From: Piromyces finnis finn
Lineage: Eukaryota > Fungi > Neocallimastigomycota
Direction of reading: 5' to 3'
Assembly: GCA_002104945.1 (NCBI GenBank)
Contig: MCFH01000060.1
Coordinates: 1-64,000, forward strand
DNA length: 64,000 nucleotides
Below the pieces are notes generated by a model that searched no databases, had not been told where the DNA came from, and was given only the letters and a program-made list of their open reading frames with translations. The translations under genes and the position numbers were made by a program. Position 1 is the first letter of the stretch; the number at the start of each line of letters is the position of its first letter. Shown piece by piece: positions 61,001 through 64,000 of this stretch.

Positions 61001-64000
61001 AGAAAATATATTAAATATAAATAATTATTCATGACATTCAAAAGAAGAAAAAAAAAAAAAGGAACCTACCTAAAAAAGTAAAAAAGTAAAAATTAAATGT
61101 TTTTCTTTTGGCTAACTAAATTTAGTAATTTATCAATATTAAAAATCATATGATAACTTTAATAAAAATAAACAAAATAATTTATTATAAATTTATTTTA
61201 AAAAAAATAATAATAAATAGAAAGGATCATAAAGAATAGGTTACAACTATGTACAAAATTAGTATTGAAATATTGAAATAGGAACATCATTAAAAAGTTT
61301 TTAAATGTAATACTTGCCTATAAATTTTATCCTTATAATTTTATTTGTTTTTATTTATTTTTCCCCATTTATTCAATGATAAAAAAGTTTGAGCATCATT
61401 CAAAGTGAAACAAATCTTTTTCATTTTTTTTAAAAAAAATTAAGGTTGAAGATCACATTACAATTAATAAAAAAATTAATAATTTAATTATTAATATGTT
61501 TTTTTTTTTTTTACATAAATTGTAAAGTTGGCCTATTAATTGCTGATGTACATTTTTATGTCTATTTTGACAATTACTATAAGAAAGTGGTATTTTTTAT
61601 TTGGAATATATATATTTATCATGGCTATCATTACTTATTTAGTTCCTATTTGCTTAGAAATAAAAAATTTTCATTGTAAATTATTAGCATATATAGAGTT
61701 AACCACCACAATTATGTTGAATAAAGTCTACATTAATTGAATTGAATTTGCCTTGTTAATCATAATTGCATATTCATACGTTTTTCATAGATTTAGTTTA
61801 AAAAAGAGTATTCTATATGATATAAAAAATATATAATACACAAAAAAGGATGATAATTATTTTATTAAATCATATTGATTCATTCAAATAATAGTATTTC
61901 CCAATATTCTATCATTATACCATTGAAAATATCAAAGTTTATTTATTATGAAAGTTACCTTAAATTACAATTACATATTTTTAGTAAATAAATTTTATTG
62001 GTTAAATTATTATTATTATAAATTATATTTATATTACCTTTAGTGTTATTGACCCAAGTTATATTGTAGTGGTGGTGGTGATGTATGAATGAAAAGGGAA
62101 AATGAATAGTAAGATGGATCGATTATGGTAAACTATTTACCAAGTCTTTTAAACTATTTTTGGTTAAACTAATTTATTTTTTATAAAATAGAAAAATTAA
62201 TAAAAGTATAATAGTATAACATCCACGAATAAAATATAAAACAATATATAAAGAAAAAGAATACATTATTTATAATAATAATAGTAACATGAATACATGA
62301 ATTAAAAGCATAGTACATAGTATAAATTTAAAGATTTAATAAATAATAATATACATTATATCTTATAAAGCAAAGTTGAAATAATAATATATGTATATAA
62401 CAGTAATATTTTTTCTAATTCTTAAATCTATAATACTACGTCTAAATATAAACCTAGTTTTTTTTTTTTTTGGCAAGTAAATTAACTAGCTAGGTTTTAT
62501 AAAAAAAAAAAAATGGTGCTATTTAAATATTCACTATATCAATTTTTAGGTATTCTGTATATTATAATTATAATATATCATTCAATAGTATTAATGTGGT
62601 TTTGATTATTTTTACAAACATATTCAAATGTATTTCATTTGTATTCAATAATATATTAATTATCAAAATAAAAAGTGAAACAATAAACAATCCATAAATT
62701 TATGAGTATAATAGAATTTACTATAAATATTACTATAATATATTATCAAAATTGTAATTTATTTATATTAAAATTTATATTAATTAATTGATATATTATA
62801 AAAAAAATAATCAATAAAATAAGTTTGTCTCCATCCCTATTATTACTAACCCTTTCATACTATTGAAAGGTAAAAAAAAATTTTAGTAACCAAACAAGAA
62901 CAATTATATGACTTTGGAATAAAGGAAAAAGATTATAAAAGATATATCATAGCAATTGCAATTTATTAAATACAATTTACATGATATTAAATGACTAATA
63001 TTTTCATGAAACTCATTTTCAAATAAAGAAACAATTCTACTACAATAACAATAATATTGTATAATAGCTTCTTTCATAAAAAAGAAAGTTTATAAATTTA
63101 ATTATTCGAAATTAAAAATCCCCAGTACCTATAATAATAATAATTGAAACAAAAATCAATAATATTTAAATAGAGTCTCCATCATTATGATCAATACATA
63201 TAATTAATTATTCCCAAGAAAATAAAGTAACCACCTTTTAAATTCATTTCCAGTTGAAAGGTTAATTTACTGGTTAAACGAGTCTATTTTTATAAGCTTT
63301 AAATGATACTCAAACAAAATACCAAAATTAATTTTTATTTACTAATTTTAAATTATTTTATTTATAAAGTTGTAAAATAAATAGATAAAGTTAAATCACC
63401 ACCATAACTCATATAAAAATATATATTATAAGACTTTTTTTTTCTAAAAAAAAAAAATTTGATTATAATATTTAGAGGATGAATCAATCTTGCCTTTACA
63501 AAAATCTCAAGTAAATGAATAATTATTTATAATAGGCAAATAGAAAAGACTAAAAATTAAAAAAAAAAAAAAAAAGATATAAAATATCTTTTTTTTTTTA
63601 TAAAATATTTCATGTTGTTATATTAATATAAAACATTTATAAATAAAATAAAAAAATATATTATTAGCAATGGGATAGTATTATTATTGTATTATTATAT
63701 ATCTTATAATTCAAAATAGTAAACATAGTAAACCACTCATCACTGACTAAAAAATCAAGTGCACTTTACAATAAATAATAAAAAAAAGGAGTTTTTTTGT
63801 AAAAGAATAAAAACATATACAGTAAATAATATAAATATTTTATTCATATAGTATATTTGTAATATATTACACCATAATTGGACAATATAATGGTTCAATA
63901 TTATTATATAGAATTAATCTAGTAAAAATTATTCTTTAAAGTTAAGAAAAAAAATTAAAATTTCAAATTTAAAACAATAGGATTATGCCAATTGAACACA

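Noticed and set aside
61540-61740. 66-aa hydrophobic ORF
   Set aside because: Short, AT-driven composition, no motif; cannot be supported as a gene.

Overview
Extremely AT-rich eukaryotic DNA. The composition and element types suggest an anaerobic gut fungus (Neocallimastigomycota), which is an inference only. About 53 kb of the 64 kb is retrotransposon-derived. There is one clear host protein gene (HSF-type transcription factor, 56268-58007, minus) and two tRNA genes (Ser-TGA, plus, 20770-20851; Cys-GCA, minus, 26850-26921). Main result: the apparently junk AT-rich DNA from 10.3-20.8 kb and 33.6-43 kb resolves, by chaining target-site duplications (TSDs), into ordered stacks of about 28 LTR-retrotransposon insertions, mostly solo LTRs. 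Almost all landed at family-specific fixed distances upstream of tRNA genes: proximal -7..-17, middle -26..-31, distal -61..-67. The stack above tRNA-Cys is about 16 kb (13 events) and the one above tRNA-Ser about 5.6 kb (8 events). A third stack (7 events) predicts an unseen minus-strand tRNA/Pol III gene just left of the window. Also present: two Ty3/gypsy elements with Tf1-type self-priming PBS (one with TA...TA termini, one with a clean internal inversion and a chromodomain), an intact Ty1/copia element with a half-tRNA-Lys(CUU) PBS inserted between the two tRNAs, a gag-only element with non-matching LTRs, degenerate gypsy fragments, and an intact single-ORF LINE. Family letters (A, D-H, J-P) are my own labels. 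All alignments were done by eye.
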